A stretch of DNA of 63,593 bases, filler included, from Craspedostauros australis (Eukaryota), in assembly GCA_030167865.1 (NCBI GenBank). It is 15 parts of 15 records of this genome, joined end to end, with 100 filler letters (N's around TTAATTAATTAA, not from the genome) between each part and the next. Parts side by side here need not be neighbours in the genome. Positions count along the whole stretch, not along the records: positions 45,958 to 50,236 come from JALAGF010006524.1; positions 50,337 to 54,947 come from JALAGF010006525.1; positions 55,048 to 58,542 come from JALAGF010006526.1; positions 58,643 to 60,596 come from JALAGF010006530.1; 11 more parts are not named here. The stretch is one strand, 5' to 3'. A program made the translations under genes and the position numbers. Under the pieces are notes generated by a model that worked only from the letters and a program-made list of their open reading frames with translations, was not told the origin of the DNA and did no database searches. Positions 48,901-60,696 of this stretch are shown here, piece by piece. Each line of letters starts with the position of its first letter. The first letter of the stretch is position 1.

Positions 48901-50236
48901 GGTCTCTTCATGGGAAAGCTGGGAGACGAACAAAGCGCCTTGCGGTTCGGGAGGCTGTCAATGAAGATCATGGACAGGACGAAGAGTCCATCCATCAGAA
49001 GCCATGCACATGTCCTCCGCGCACTCTTTATCCATCCATGGAGCGAGCCAATAGGACCTCTCATCAATGACCACATCCCATGCTACATCTCCAGCATGGA
49101 GCACGGCGCCTTCCACGATGCGCTGACATGCTGGCAGACATTCAACCCCCTTGTGCAGTCCGAAGGTTATCCGCTCCAAGACGTCTATCGTTCCTACACC
49201 GACCTCGTCGATCAGATGCGACTGTACAAGATCTCATCAGCCACCGGCTTTGTCAATCAAAGTATGCGATTTTCATCCGTCCTGTTGGGTCATGAGGCCG
49301 TGGATTGGGAAGAGTTCAGAGATTTCGGCGAGTCTGGCGACATCAGCTCACTGGATCTTCTCGAACTTCGGATGGCTTTCACCGTACATTTACAGCTCTG
49401 TGTCATGTTCCACAAGTATGACATTGCTGAAGCAATCATCGCGAGACACAAGAAGGCTGTGGCTGGCGATAGCCATTACGCAAGGGCGGTCCAGCGCGTC
49501 GTGTGCGCTGGACTGACAGCGGCTGCCCTGTACCGTCAAACAAGGCAGAAGAAGTACATGAAGTGGCTAAAGGAGATGAGGAATATGATCAGAACGATGT
49601 GCCGCAAGAAGGGACTTTCAAGCATCAACCGTTCGTTGCTGCTTCGAGCGGAGCTGCTCTCAGTCACGAANNNNNNNNNNNNNNNNNNNNNNNNNNNNNN
49701 NNNNNNNNNNNNNNNNNNNNNNNNNNNCGTGTCTTCCATTGACTGCGGACACGTTCATGACGCGGCGTTGGCGTGTGAGTTGGCAGGTGAGTACATGCTG
49801 GCCAACGCAAAGATATGCAGGAAAAGTGACATCATCGAAATGTTCACTCGCTCCTACGAGTACTACAGGCAGTGGGGTGCTGTCCTCAAACTGGAGCATC
49901 TGAAACAAGAAAGAGGAGAGTTCATCAACGAGAAGCTATATGTNNNNNNNNNNNNNNNNNNNNNNNNNNNNNNNNNNNNNNNNNNNNNNNNNNNNNNCAT
50001 CATCCGGAATGCCATCACAGGCAAGGTGCTCCCAACGTTTGATTACCGCAGCCACTACAACTTGATCTACGCAAACCAAAAGACAATGGCATCTGCACAC
50101 AGCGGATCAGTTTACACGACGCCGACTGATGCATTGACACACGGCGAAAATGCGCACAGATCACCAAGGCCTGCCACAGAATTTGAACGTAGGAACGATG
50201 GCGACACTGGTGACGCCGAGGACGACGAGGTTTCCG
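45959..50236 (+). CDS. Large STAND-like AAA ATPase with helical/TPR-like C-terminus (COG3899-type ATPase core), partial
   Basis: LMGRQAEL, Walker A GASGTGKT (46442-46465), FIQGK..DPFSA, Walker B DDLQW, EGNIFF, FAHDRIQQAAY, DAALACELAG, YRQWGA. Open to both scaffold edges. The frame change at gap 47330-47379 is an unmerged overlap. Confidence 0.85.
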
Positions 50237-50450
50237 NNNNNNNNNNNNNNNNNNNNNNNNNNNNNNNNNNNNNNNNNNNNTTAATTAATTAANNNNNNNN
50301 NNNNNNNNNNNNNNNNNNNNNNNNNNNNNNNNNNNNCTCTCAATGTGCTGTTGTGATGACACTTTACTCTATTATCGTATTGTTATTCTCATTCGTAGTC
50401 GCAGTTGTCGTCGTCGTTGTTGTCGTCGTTGTTGCTGTCGTTGTCATGAA

Positions 50451-51620
50451 TCAGCACTCCTCCATGCGCTCGACGATCACGATGGTGCCACGATTGCCTT
50501 TCGAGACGCGCAGATCGTCATCGAGATACAAGAACTCCATCCATCCGATCGGCGACCGTTTCATCTCAAACTGGAACGATGCACCGGGATTGGCATCGGT
50601 TGGTAATCGCAATCCCAACACCAACTTCATCACGAACCACACGATGGAAGACACGACCGACTGTTGTGACGCGGCAGTTTCATACGCGGACGCAAAAGTG
50701 CGACGCCAAACCTCCTCATCCTCGCCATATGACGATGATGATAGCGTGCCACCGCGGAATTTCACTTTCAGTCGATTCTTCGACCACCAGCAGGTAGCAT
50801 GATTCGTCAATGTGGCTGGCAAATCGACGTTGTCATCTGTATGAATTATGATGTCGCAGATGATGTCGAAGGAATACTGTTTCTTGCCATTGTCACCACT
50901 ATGTTCAGTTTCATTGCTCTCGTTGTCATTGTTTTGATTGTCATCATTGTTTTGATTGTCACCATTGTCACCAATGTCACCAATGTTGTCATTGTCCGCA
51001 TCGTGTGCAACGATTTCGTTGCGAATACGTACCACAGAACATAGTAGACTCGCTGGTTGGAAGATATGAAAAGACAAGCGTCCCAACGTGTACTGAGGAT
51101 GCTCGTTGTCAGACATGGTCGCCGAGTCATTCACTTGGCCGGGAAATTGGGGCGCGGTCAAGGTATGGTACCTACCAACCAAAAGGTTATTGACAAGATT
51201 GGCAGTCACAGGAGTTGTGTTGGCACGTTGCAACTGATCAATGGCATCCAATACTTCCGGGTGGCTCGGCGAGCCATTGTGCTGCTTCAGCATGTCGTGC
51301 AAGTGCTGCTTGGCAGCTTGCAGTCGGTTCATTGGATTGCTATCTGCGTCGGGTTCTACTAGTAGTTGTCGTGGGCGTGGGGGTGATTTGCACGACGACG
51401 ACGACGACAATGATGATAGTGACGACGACGACGATGATGATACTGAACAACGACTGGATGTCTGAAGTATCGATAGTTGTGGGTCATGAAGATGTTGCGA
51501 TGCGATGCAGTCACCCGTTGAGCAAAGTTGCTGCGATGTAGTAGCCTCACCTGCAGTCAACCAATCCCGTTCTATCCTGCATAGACCTGGAGATGCTCTT
51601 CCCTGTATAACAATCTTCAT
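50451..51620 (-). CDS. PAP/fibrillin-domain protein
   Basis: C-terminal GWMEFLYLDDDLRVSKGNRGTIVIVER matches the PAP_fibrillin terminal motif. N-terminal helix LQAAKQHL..AIDQLQRAN. Start codon uncertain. Confidence 0.7.
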   Translation of the reverse strand: MKIVIQGRASPGLCRIERDWLTAGEATTSQQLCSTGDCIASQHLHDPQLSILQTSSRCSVSSSSSSSLSSLSSSSSCKSPPRPRQLLVEPDADSNPMNRLQAAKQHLHDMLKQHNGSPSHPEVLDAIDQLQRANTTPVTANLVNNLLVGRYHTLTAPQFPGQVNDSATMSDNEHPQYTLGRLSFHIFQPASLLCSVVRIRNEIVAHDADNDNIGDIGDNGDNQNNDDNQNNDNESNETEHSGDNGKKQYSFDIICDIIIHTDDNVDLPATLTNHATCWWSKNRLKVKFRGGTLSSSSYGEDEEVWRRTFASAYETAASQQSVVSSIVWFVMKLVLGLRLPTDANPGASFQFEMKRSPIGWMEFLYLDDDLRVSKGNRGTIVIVERMEEC

Positions 51621-52491
51621 TCTGTTCTGCTCTACTCTGCTCTACTCTGCTCGCACTTGGCTTGGCTCTATTTCACTTGGTTCACTCTACTCGTGGGGTG
51701 CTTGACTTGACTTGGCTTGACTCTTTTCGACTTGACATGACTCTAATCGAGTCGAGTTCCATCCACGGTTTGAGCACAAATAGCCGAGCGCGAGCTGACA
51801 TGCCCACTTGATCCGGCTGATGTGATGATGCCAGCATTCCTTCGTATTGGTGTCGTTGATGCGTTGCCTCCTATGCCGAATCGCATCGCGGCACATCACA
51901 CCACATCGGTTGATGGCCGCAGCAAGGTTCTGTCGACATCAACGAGATCCTTTCCTCGCACTGTGCTGGGCCGATCCTTGTGCAAGTACACAACACACGC
52001 CAGTACCGCACACGCTCGTCCCGATACTAGTTCTCACACAAAGCTGTGCCACATGAGCAGGGTAGGAACATCTAATCAAACGACAGTTTGAGAAGTCTTT
52101 TTGTGTGGACGTTGTTTTGTGAACACATCTACATCATTGTGGAAGAAACCTGATTGGTTGCATCCATTCGTGCCTACTAATTGGTGCAAGTGCGTCATGA
52201 GAATGGCGAAGCTGTGCGACAGCAATGACGAACGCAGCAGCACATAGAGCACAGCAACTCAACTTCGTATTTCTCGTATGTCATTCGCAAAAACGGTTCC
52301 CATGACAGCGATGGATCGGAATCCGAATACTTCCTGCTGACAAAAGCATTCCCAAACCAAGAACAAATCAATCAGACCACGCAGGTAGTACCGGAACATT
52401 CACAGTTGTTGTCGAAGGTATACTGGTACTCTCTACCAGTGTACATGATGGTACGTGCGATGTCGGTGCTTAGCTGCTTTGCTATTTTCCA

Positions 52492-53229
52492 TCACAAGTC
52501 AAATTGATCGGCAAAAGGTGCGATGGCTTTTTTGGTAAACCCATCGGTGGCAATTCTGGCCTTCTTCATCTTGCGCAAGACACCGCCCACATGATCAATC
52601 GTCTCCTTGTCCGACAATATGGGTGACGCCACGACCGCCCGCAGCACGGCATTGTAGGTCAGAACGGTGGGCCTGAGATGCCGGTTGGCGTTCATGGCTC
52701 CTAGCAGCTCGAGCGCCCGATCGGCCGCCTGCGTCTTGCGGCTGCGCGCCCAGGCCGCGATGACGGAGCTGTACGTGATGGTGGTGGGACGCAGATCGTG
52801 GCTCTTGTCGGATTGGCGGTACCGCTGCTGCAGGGTGGTCAAGAGGTCATCGGCACGTTGGGCGCCGTGCGGTCGGGCCGAGCTGGCCTTGGCCCAGCAA
52901 TTGATGAGGGTGTTGAAGCTGACCGTGTCGGGACGGTACGCGATGATGCCCTCTTCGTGGTACCTATCCATCTGTTCGAACAGCAATTCGGCGCGCTCCG
53001 GCGCATCGGGGGAACGCGACTTGGACCATGCGTCCAACGCCGTGTTGAAGGATATACGATCGGGCAGGACCGCGACGGTTGTGCTATCTGCCTGGTCATC
53101 CTGCAGCGCGCTTTGCATCGTGCCTTCAATCATATCCTGCAGCAACGATTCCGCCTTCTCGGCCTCACCCACTTTGGCGTAAGCTTTGAGGACCGCGTTG
53201 TACGTGATGGTATTGGGCTCCAGCAGATC
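52492..53229 (-). CDS. Pentatricopeptide repeat (PPR) protein, terminal exon
   Basis: Five PPR-like units (PNTITYNAVLKAYAK, PDRISFNTALDAWSK, PDTVSFNTLINCWAK, PTTITYSSVIAAWAR, PTVLTYNAVLRAV). Preceded by a CA-rich tract and TCACAG acceptor at 53230. Confidence 0.85.
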   Translation of the reverse strand, partial: DLLEPNTITYNAVLKAYAKVGEAEKAESLLQDMIEGTMQSALQDDQADSTTVAVLPDRISFNTALDAWSKSRSPDAPERAELLFEQMDRYHEEGIIAYRPDTVSFNTLINCWAKASSARPHGAQRADDLLTTLQQRYRQSDKSHDLRPTTITYSSVIAAWARSRKTQAADRALELLGAMNANRHLRPTVLTYNAVLRAVVASPILSDKETIDHVGGVLRKMKKARIATDGFTKKAIAPFADQFDL

Positions 53230-53440
53230 CTGTGATGATCGGGAGACGATACGGATGTGTTGTGTGTGTGTGTGTGATGTGAGATTATTATGGATACTCT
53301 GATTGTCTCCGCAGAGGCTGTGAACATGGGATTTGCTGCTGCTCCGTCTGTCATCCGACCGTGTACCAACANNNNNNNNNNNNNNNNNNNNNNNNNNNNN
53401 NNNNNNNNNNNNNNNNNNNNNNNNNNNNNNNNNNNNNNNN

Positions 53441-54947
53441 GGCACATTGCGACCCATAATGAGGTCGATGTGCCTGAAGAACAGTGTGACGGGCGTCTGT
53501 TTCGTGCAGATATCAGATGCGTTGAGCTCCGACGGCACGTCGGGATACGCTAAGAGATCGCGCTCCACCCAGTCAAGGACTGCAAACTCGCGGATTGCGA
53601 TATGTCGCGAGTTTCGGGTAGGCTGACTTGCTGTCGTCATCAGCCTTGCGCCGCGATTGTCCTCGAAGATGAGTGTGGCGAACTGTTGCTCCACGCCAAT
53701 CTCNNNNNNNNNNNNNNNNNNNNNNNNNNNNNNNNNNNNNNNNNNNNNNNNNNNNNNNNNNTCCGCCTCGGTGCTGCTCATGGACATGGTGGGCTGAACC
53801 CTGGTCTTCCATGCGATGGCACCTCCACCAAACATTTTCACCACGCCAGTAATGGACCGGCGGTGGCGAATATCCACGCCCCAGTCGGCGTCGACAAAGC
53901 CATACAGTGTGGCAGCGCCAACAGGTCGTGTCTGGTTGGCATCATGCACCTCGGTGTCAGGCGGTGAAAGCGGCCTTGGGGCTGGAATGTCAGGTAGATC
54001 CGCCAGCGGTCGGACTCGCCAGTAGGTGATGCCGTAGTCGCGAGTGCCCGCCACGTACCGAATGAGATACTTCACACCTTCGAAGTGCACCGCCGCAGGA
54101 CTGGTGGAGAACTGAGAAAGCTTGACCACTGGAAACGCAATGTCCGGTCGGCAAGAAATCATTGCCCAGATGAGCTCCCCAATGGCTTGTCGGTACTTGA
54201 ACTTGAACGTTGCAGCGATACTCTCGCGTTCCGCATCCGTGGCCGGTACTTCGGCGTTGTCAAGCGTCTTGACATACGTGTTCTCCGACCGCATAGGGAG
54301 CCGCTGAGTTGCCTTCATGCCTTGCCATTCGTATCGCTCAAGCATTTTGTCGATGTAGGATGTGCAATGAACACGCACATAATGTTGCGTTTGTGCAATG
54401 TCCAGACCATTGTAGTGCACCATCAGACCCTGACGAGTGATCGGTTGGAAGAGCCGCTTGTCCAGCATGTCGCAGAACTTGTCGAAGACGGTCTTGTTGA
54501 TCGCTGCCACAGCAAAGTCATCAACCTGTCGCAGCACAAACACCTTAGTACCATCAACGGACCCTGTGTAGAGGCATGGAGCATGGGTCGTCGGTAGGAA
54601 CCGCAAGTCCTTGAGGATGCCATTGATGTGCTTGCTCCATAGTCGCGGTGCCTCCGGATGGCCCTGCAAATTCTTGTTGACAGGGATGACGTGGCCTCGC
54701 GGTATGTCGGTGCCAAACTTGTGACGATACCAGGACGCGTACTGATCATCAACGTTCATGAAGTACCGTTGCTTGCCTGCTGGCGCCTCCGCAAAAGCAT
54801 TGGTGACATCGGAGCCATACACCTTGAGTCCACGGACAGCAGCGACCGCCAAGAGGAGACGAAACTCAGTCAGATCCGGCGTCGCCGCGTATGTATGCCC
54901 AAAGACTCTTGCATGCCCGCCTCTGGTCGAACCATCGCACACCGCTC
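53441..54947 (-). mobile_element. Ty1/copia RT-RNase H fragment with RQVDD catalytic motif
   Basis: DVTNAFAEA, LQGHPEAPRLW, LRQVDDFA, YRQAIGELIW, FVDADW, SSTEA, FEDN, NASDICTK. Confidence 0.9.
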
Positions 54948-55047
54948 NNNNNNNNNNNNNNNNNNNNNNNNNNNNNNNNNNNNNNNNNNNNTTAATTAAT
55001 TAANNNNNNNNNNNNNNNNNNNNNNNNNNNNNNNNNNNNNNNNNNNN

Positions 55048-55553
55048 CAAGTGCGTATGAGAGAATAGCGGGTGAACGATGCACATATACACGTACATCT
55101 TGACATATACTCACATGTACATCTCGACACCTGTATTCATGATCTTGATGCCCTTCGGTCATTGGATCTTTACCTTCTGCTTCTGACATAGAGACAGATG
55201 TCAACATGGTGACATGTTGACATCCTGTCGACGTCAGTAGGAGTCCTTCTGCTCTCCAGATGTCACGTTCCATTGGTGATGCAGCAGCCTGTCAGATGAT
55301 ATCGTCATCTGAGGTTTAGTTGGGAAGTACCTTGAGATTCTCTTGGTACCATTGATGGATGGACGGACGATCTTCTAATTCTCTCAGAAATCTTGCTCAT
55401 TTTCGTGTGTTCCATTCCCCTGTAATTCTGACGAATCACAGCATACTATTTAAACGAATGTAGTTGTACCGTCCAAGTGCGTATGAGAGAATAGCGGGTG
55501 AACAATGCACATATACACGTACATCTCGACATACTCACATGTACATCTCGACA
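55048..55553. mobile_element. LTR family A nested in another LTR family A copy
   Basis: One LTR end ...CATCTCGACA at 55129 is followed by internal LTR A sequence running to a second ...CATCTCGACA at 55553. Confidence 0.85.
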
Positions 55554-56592
55554 CAAGTTAACACACACATGCATTGTCATTGAGGGTTGCAAACCCAAAG
55601 GATTCAGATTATAAGGGTTATAGGGTCGTGTAGGATCGTCAGAGAGTACGCTACTCTTCTGTGGTTGGGCGATACCCGTGTTCGCATGTTAACCCCGTTT
55701 TAACCGTTTCACACGTATCCCTGTTTGTTGGTACCATGAGGAAACAAACAGTTTGATGGAACAGCGAGACAGGAAAGGAAGAAAGCGAATAGTGACGTCA
55801 CATGGGCATTGCAAAGACCCTAATCCTCACGAAAGTGGCTGTCTCTATTGTGCCCAGACGAGTCTCTATTGCGGGGCTCCCCTTGGCATTCAGTCAGCCC
55901 GGCGCGTCCCAGTACCCAAGTTCTGGGGCCGCTACAACTGCGTCATGTCAATGTTGACTGTCAAATTTGTCGCAAGAAGGCCCAAAATCTCACTCGGGAC
56001 ATCCCCAGTGAGATTTCTCCAAATCTGAAGAACAGGAACCCTTCGCTCGCGGCGGCAGAGCCAGGACAGCATGTGCATGATTGCTGAGCAGTATAGCTGC
56101 ACTGTGCTATAAAATGTATCAATGTTGGGGTGTTCACGCCAGGGCAACGCTCGCACAGGCACAGACCCAATTCAACTATTACGTATAGCAAGTCGCAAGA
56201 AGCGATACTCTACTCCAGGATACATTTCTCAGCACTAAACCGCATTCCCACCCACGCAAGGCCCAGCCAGAATTTGGAAACGTGTTTGATCCTGCAAAGC
56301 GCATTCAACTCTCGTTCTGTCTGAGCTTCTGTGACCTGATTGTGTTTGCATCACGGAGGCGATGATCACTGAAGACCCTTCCGCCCCAGGGAGTTGAGGG
56401 AAATATGCATATATGTCATTTATATGGAAAATACGTTGTATCACTGTTCTACCAACAAACCCCGTTCGGGTTTGATTTCTGCTCGTCAGTCCAATGTCGA
56501 ACGCATACTGTAGTCTACGAAAAGGCAGCGCAGCTGTTGACGACACGATGAAGTGATTGTGGCATTCAATAGGATGTGGATCACTCTTGACT

Positions 56593-57626
56593 CTAGTAAT
56601 TAACTTGGTATGGACTGAAGCCTCCAGATTGAATAGACAGTTGTGTGAGAAAGGCAATTGTTTTGAACACNNNNNNNNNNNNNNNNNNNNNNNNNNNNNN
56701 NNNNNNNNNNNNNNNNNNNNNNNNNNNNNNNNGCGCACGAGCATTGGACTTTGCTCGTCGGTTCGACTTCGACACATAGCTGGTTGGCTTCAGCACATGG
56801 GGCCCACCATACCCCCCATCAGCCTCAACACATTCTCCCTTCATCAGTCTGTTCGCGAGGAAGGCATTGAATATTTTCTGATCGGACCACCTGCCACAGG
56901 GAAAAGGACCGATTGCCCAAACAATGCTGCCTGTTTGAATTGAGATTGCTACTTCGTATCTTAATCCAGACGTCTTGAACTTGTGGCTGTACCACTTTGT
57001 GCTGAAAGGCGTTGGCTCGCGGATCCGAAAGTCAGTGCCATCCACAGTAACATGACAAGTTCGAGGTTTTGAAGAATTCAAGCGGTTTCGCCATTTGATC
57101 TGGAAGGAAGTGTGAGAAGATGTTGAATTCAATACAGGCATTGGGCACATTGCAGAAGGCAGAACGAGCGCAGCACAAAGTCACTTACCACTTCTTTGTA
57201 ACATTGCTGAATGCAGGCAATCATTTGCCAGATCCACTTTCGAAGTGTGTGTGGATCTGCTCCGAAAGTCGCCTTCAATACATCGTAGGTGGGGTAGTTC
57301 TTGAGAAAGTGGAGAGCCCAGAACAGATGCTTTGGTTGTGCCTTGGCTGGGAGCACGCATCGATTCCATACCTCCTTGCACAGCTTGGGCGTAATGCCAA
57401 ACCATGCAATGAATGCTCGTCTTGATGTTTCCGACCAGCCACCCTTGGGGGGCAGGCTCCCCATCAGGAAGAATCCTATGGATTCGAAGTCAGCAGAGGA
57501 GTGCTGGGACCGAAGCAACTGTTGTTGTTGCCTCGTCATCCTGATGGTCTCACTCTTGTCCTTCAGCCTTGATCTTCGATTGCTTGACTTGCCAGCCTTG
57601 CTGGCAGAGATGCTGTTGCATGTCAT
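56593..57626 (-). CDS. PIF/Harbinger/ISL2EU-type DDE transposase (DDE_Tnp_4-like); exons 57626-57189 and 57099-56593
   Basis: Exon 1 has an HTH-like region (FGITP, KHLFWALHFLKNY, TLRKWIW). An 89-nt phase-0 GTAAGT..TTCCAG intron follows. Exon 2 has VDGTDF, WYSHKF, GLRYEV, GPFPCG..SD and EADGGY. One N gap; start codon uncertain. Confidence 0.82.
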
Positions 57627-58642
57627 GGTGATGGCGATGGACGACGAACCAGCCAATGGGCGTTGACATCAAGACCGCGTGCGTTGGATGGAGCAGCACG
57701 TCTCTGATCGATTGCGGATGTTGATGGTTGTGTGTGTGTATGCGTGTGAACTAGTGGTGATGCCTCGGTTGATTGCCTTGGTGTTGCGAAGGTGCGGCGC
57801 TTGGTGATCATGCCATTTTGGTTTGATGGCGATGGCGGAAATTGGAATTGTGAGCAGAGTGTTGTTGTCGATGGCGTTGCATGGGTGTGACACGCTGCCA
57901 ACCGATGTCATGATTCGCGATACAGTTTTTTCACGTTGCGCTGCGAAGTGCAGCGAGTGGAACGACTCACGTCGGTTCTCACGCGCCAATACAACGTGTG
58001 GGGGGTTCTTGTGCTGTCACTTGTTCTGCTTGTTGTCAACCATCGGCCAGCAACCTCACCAAATCACAGTCTTCCCTCTTGCTCTCGAGCGTTCAAGCCC
58101 GGAGCTTGCCCTGCTGACTCGGCTTGGCGGATACATTTTCACGCCAGCACATATTCGCAACTACGGCGACGAAGCTATTGTATCTATGTTTCTGTAGTAC
58201 GGCAGGAGCATGCATCATTCAAATGCAGTATTGTACATGGAAACAAATGACGTTGATGTGTGTGATTCAAATTGTTACAAACGCTGCAATCAACGGTTGT
58301 CTCCTGTGCTCTGCTATACAAAATTAGTACGACCGCTTTGCATGAATCATAGTGGTTGCTCATGTCTGGTGCGCGGTATTGGCTCTGGTGCAACGCCTGT
58401 GCTCTCACAACGGAATTAGTGAATGTTTGGTACATCTATTGTCGTGTCCAGGCGTTACTCAATATGACAGAGACCGTTACTTGTCATGACCGGTTCGATG
58501 ACACAATCGTGAGGGAAAAAACGCTTTTGTGGGGGAAAAAACNNNNNNNNNNNNNNNNNNNNNNNNNNNNNNNNNNNNNNNNNNNNTTAATTAATTAANN
58601 NNNNNNNNNNNNNNNNNNNNNNNNNNNNNNNNNNNNNNNNNN

Positions 58643-60596
58643 GTGCACGTAGCACATGTATCGGAAAGCGTGGAACCATGCTTTTGGTGGTGCCCCTGTC
58701 CGGTCAATGAGCGTCGTGACACATCGTTTCATGTACAGGATGGCGTTGTGCTCGGCCGGGTTCTGTTGCTGGTTGTGCGGTTCTGTCAACCTTGATTTGA
58801 TGTGGAGGTCCCTAAGAAGCTTGAGGACCTTCTCTCCGGTCTGTTCCTTCGCGTTGTCGCTGTGGAAAGCCCATGGTGCACCCTCTGTCCTGATGAAATC
58901 CTGGAAGGCGACGAAAACTCCTTCTTTCTTCTTCAGGCCGTATGCGTTGATCATGTGGGAGGATGTNCCGTAGAAGATTTGNGCCATGGAGTATCCGTCT
59001 CCAAAAGACTTGACGTTGGAGAATATGGTGTCCGTCGCCACGATCTCCCGGATTCGTTGTCGTCGCATCCACTCGAATCTGGACTTCTTATGCCTTCGCA
59101 TAGGGTAAGTGATCACTGCCCGCATGAGTTGCGTGGTTCTGGCGAGGGTCTGCTTGATCACGTGCGTGGGTAGGTACCCAAGGTACGGTCGGATCTTGTG
59201 AAGATCGATGGACTTCCATTTAGCTCGGAACGGGAACCCTTGGTGGCTGTACTCGGTCATAGCTTCCGCAGGNNNNNNNNNNNNNNNNNNNNNNNNNNNN
59301 NNNNNNNNNNNNNNNNNNNNNNNNNNNNNNNNNNNNNNNNNNNNNNNNNNNNNNNNNNNNNNNNNNNNNNNNNNNNNNNNNNNNNNNNNNNNNNNNNNNN
59401 NNNNNNNNNNNNNNNNNNNNNNNTTGGGGATACGAAAAGTCTCCCGATTTCTCTGGAACGCCGGTTCGGATCCTACCGAGTGTAAGGATGAGATGACGCT
59501 GTCAGCCTTGTCATCTGGATCTGATACCTTTGTCGATGGAACGTCGGTTGGCTTGATGTATCCTATTTGGTCCGTTCCTACTGCGTTGGCCTCGCGATCG
59601 ATGCCCAGCTCCCTGTATAGGTGGTCGATGTCTCCCGCNNNNNNNNNNNNNNNNNNNNNNNNNNNNNNNNNNNNNNNNNNNNNNNNNNGAGGGTCTGCTT
59701 GATCACGTGCGTGGGCAGGTACCCAAGGTACGGTCGGATCTTGTGAAGATCGATGGACTTCCATTTGGCTCGAAAAGGGAACCCCTGGTGGCTGTATTCG
59801 GTCATAGCTTCAGCAGGGTGTCGGTCCATGGTGTCCATGGGATTATCCTTTCCCGGATCATCAATCCCAGCGGGGTTCTCGCCCTTGGTGTGCCTGTGGT
59901 ATTCAGGTGCGTCTCGCGGGTCTCCCCGGAGGGCGTCAACACGTGTTGCCTTGGTCACGCCGATTTCGTTGGGGATGCGAAATGTTTCCCGATTTCTCTG
60001 GAACGCCGGTTCAGATCCTACCGAGTGTAAGGATGAGATGGCGCTGTCTGCCTCGTCATCCGGGTCTGACACCTTGGTCGATGGAACGTTGGTTGACTCG
60101 GTGTATCCCTTTTTGTCCGTTCCTACCGCGTTGGCTTCGCGATCGATGCCCAGCTCCCTGTATAGGTGGTCGATGTCTCCCGCGGAGAGATTGTCCACCA
60201 GGTCGAAGAGGGTGTCTTGGATCGAGATGGCTGTGTCGGCAGCCGATTTCGCGAACGTTACCGTGTCAATTGCGTGTGTCATTCCGATGAGCTCCTCGAG
60301 ACTCAGAGTATCAAGGAATGCGTCCACCTTGGGGTACCCCTCGTGTACACGGTTGGGCTCTCCTGCGGCGTGCTCGACTGGGTGACGAGTGTTGGGTTTC
60401 ATGGGTTCTCGTCCTTCCATGGGATTATCCGGGATACCGTCCTTGGTCTGGCGTGTCCCGGGTTCCATGGGATCCTTCGATGCGTTGTGGGCGCTTGAAT
60501 CCATCGCTCCAACGTCATGCGGTGCATCAGGTTGGTCATTCCAGTTGACTACCTTGTCTCCTCCGATTGGGTCCCTGGTAAGGTAGCAACCCATGG
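58643..60596 (-). mobile_element. CoDi-type Ty1/copia integrase and upstream region (two collapsed copies)
   Basis: RPYLGYLP..VIKQTL..TTQ, HKKSRF, VATDTIFS, FQDFIR..GAP, SDNAKEQ, TEPHNQQQNPAE. Confidence 0.9.
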
Positions 60597-60696
60597 NNNN
60601 NNNNNNNNNNNNNNNNNNNNNNNNNNNNNNNNNNNNNNNNTTAATTAATTAANNNNNNNNNNNNNNNNNNNNNNNNNNNNNNNNNNNNNNNNNNNN

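Noticed and set aside
52492..54942. 816-aa RT-PPR protein annotated as a single CDS
   Set aside because: The frame is carried through two N gaps of estimated size and a probable intron. Kept only as a testable finding.
4903..60652. Regularly recurring TTAATTAATTAA palindrome
   Set aside because: Always centred in N44 runs. It is an artificial six-frame-stop linker, so gene neighbourhoods across it and ORFs ending LIN are artefacts.
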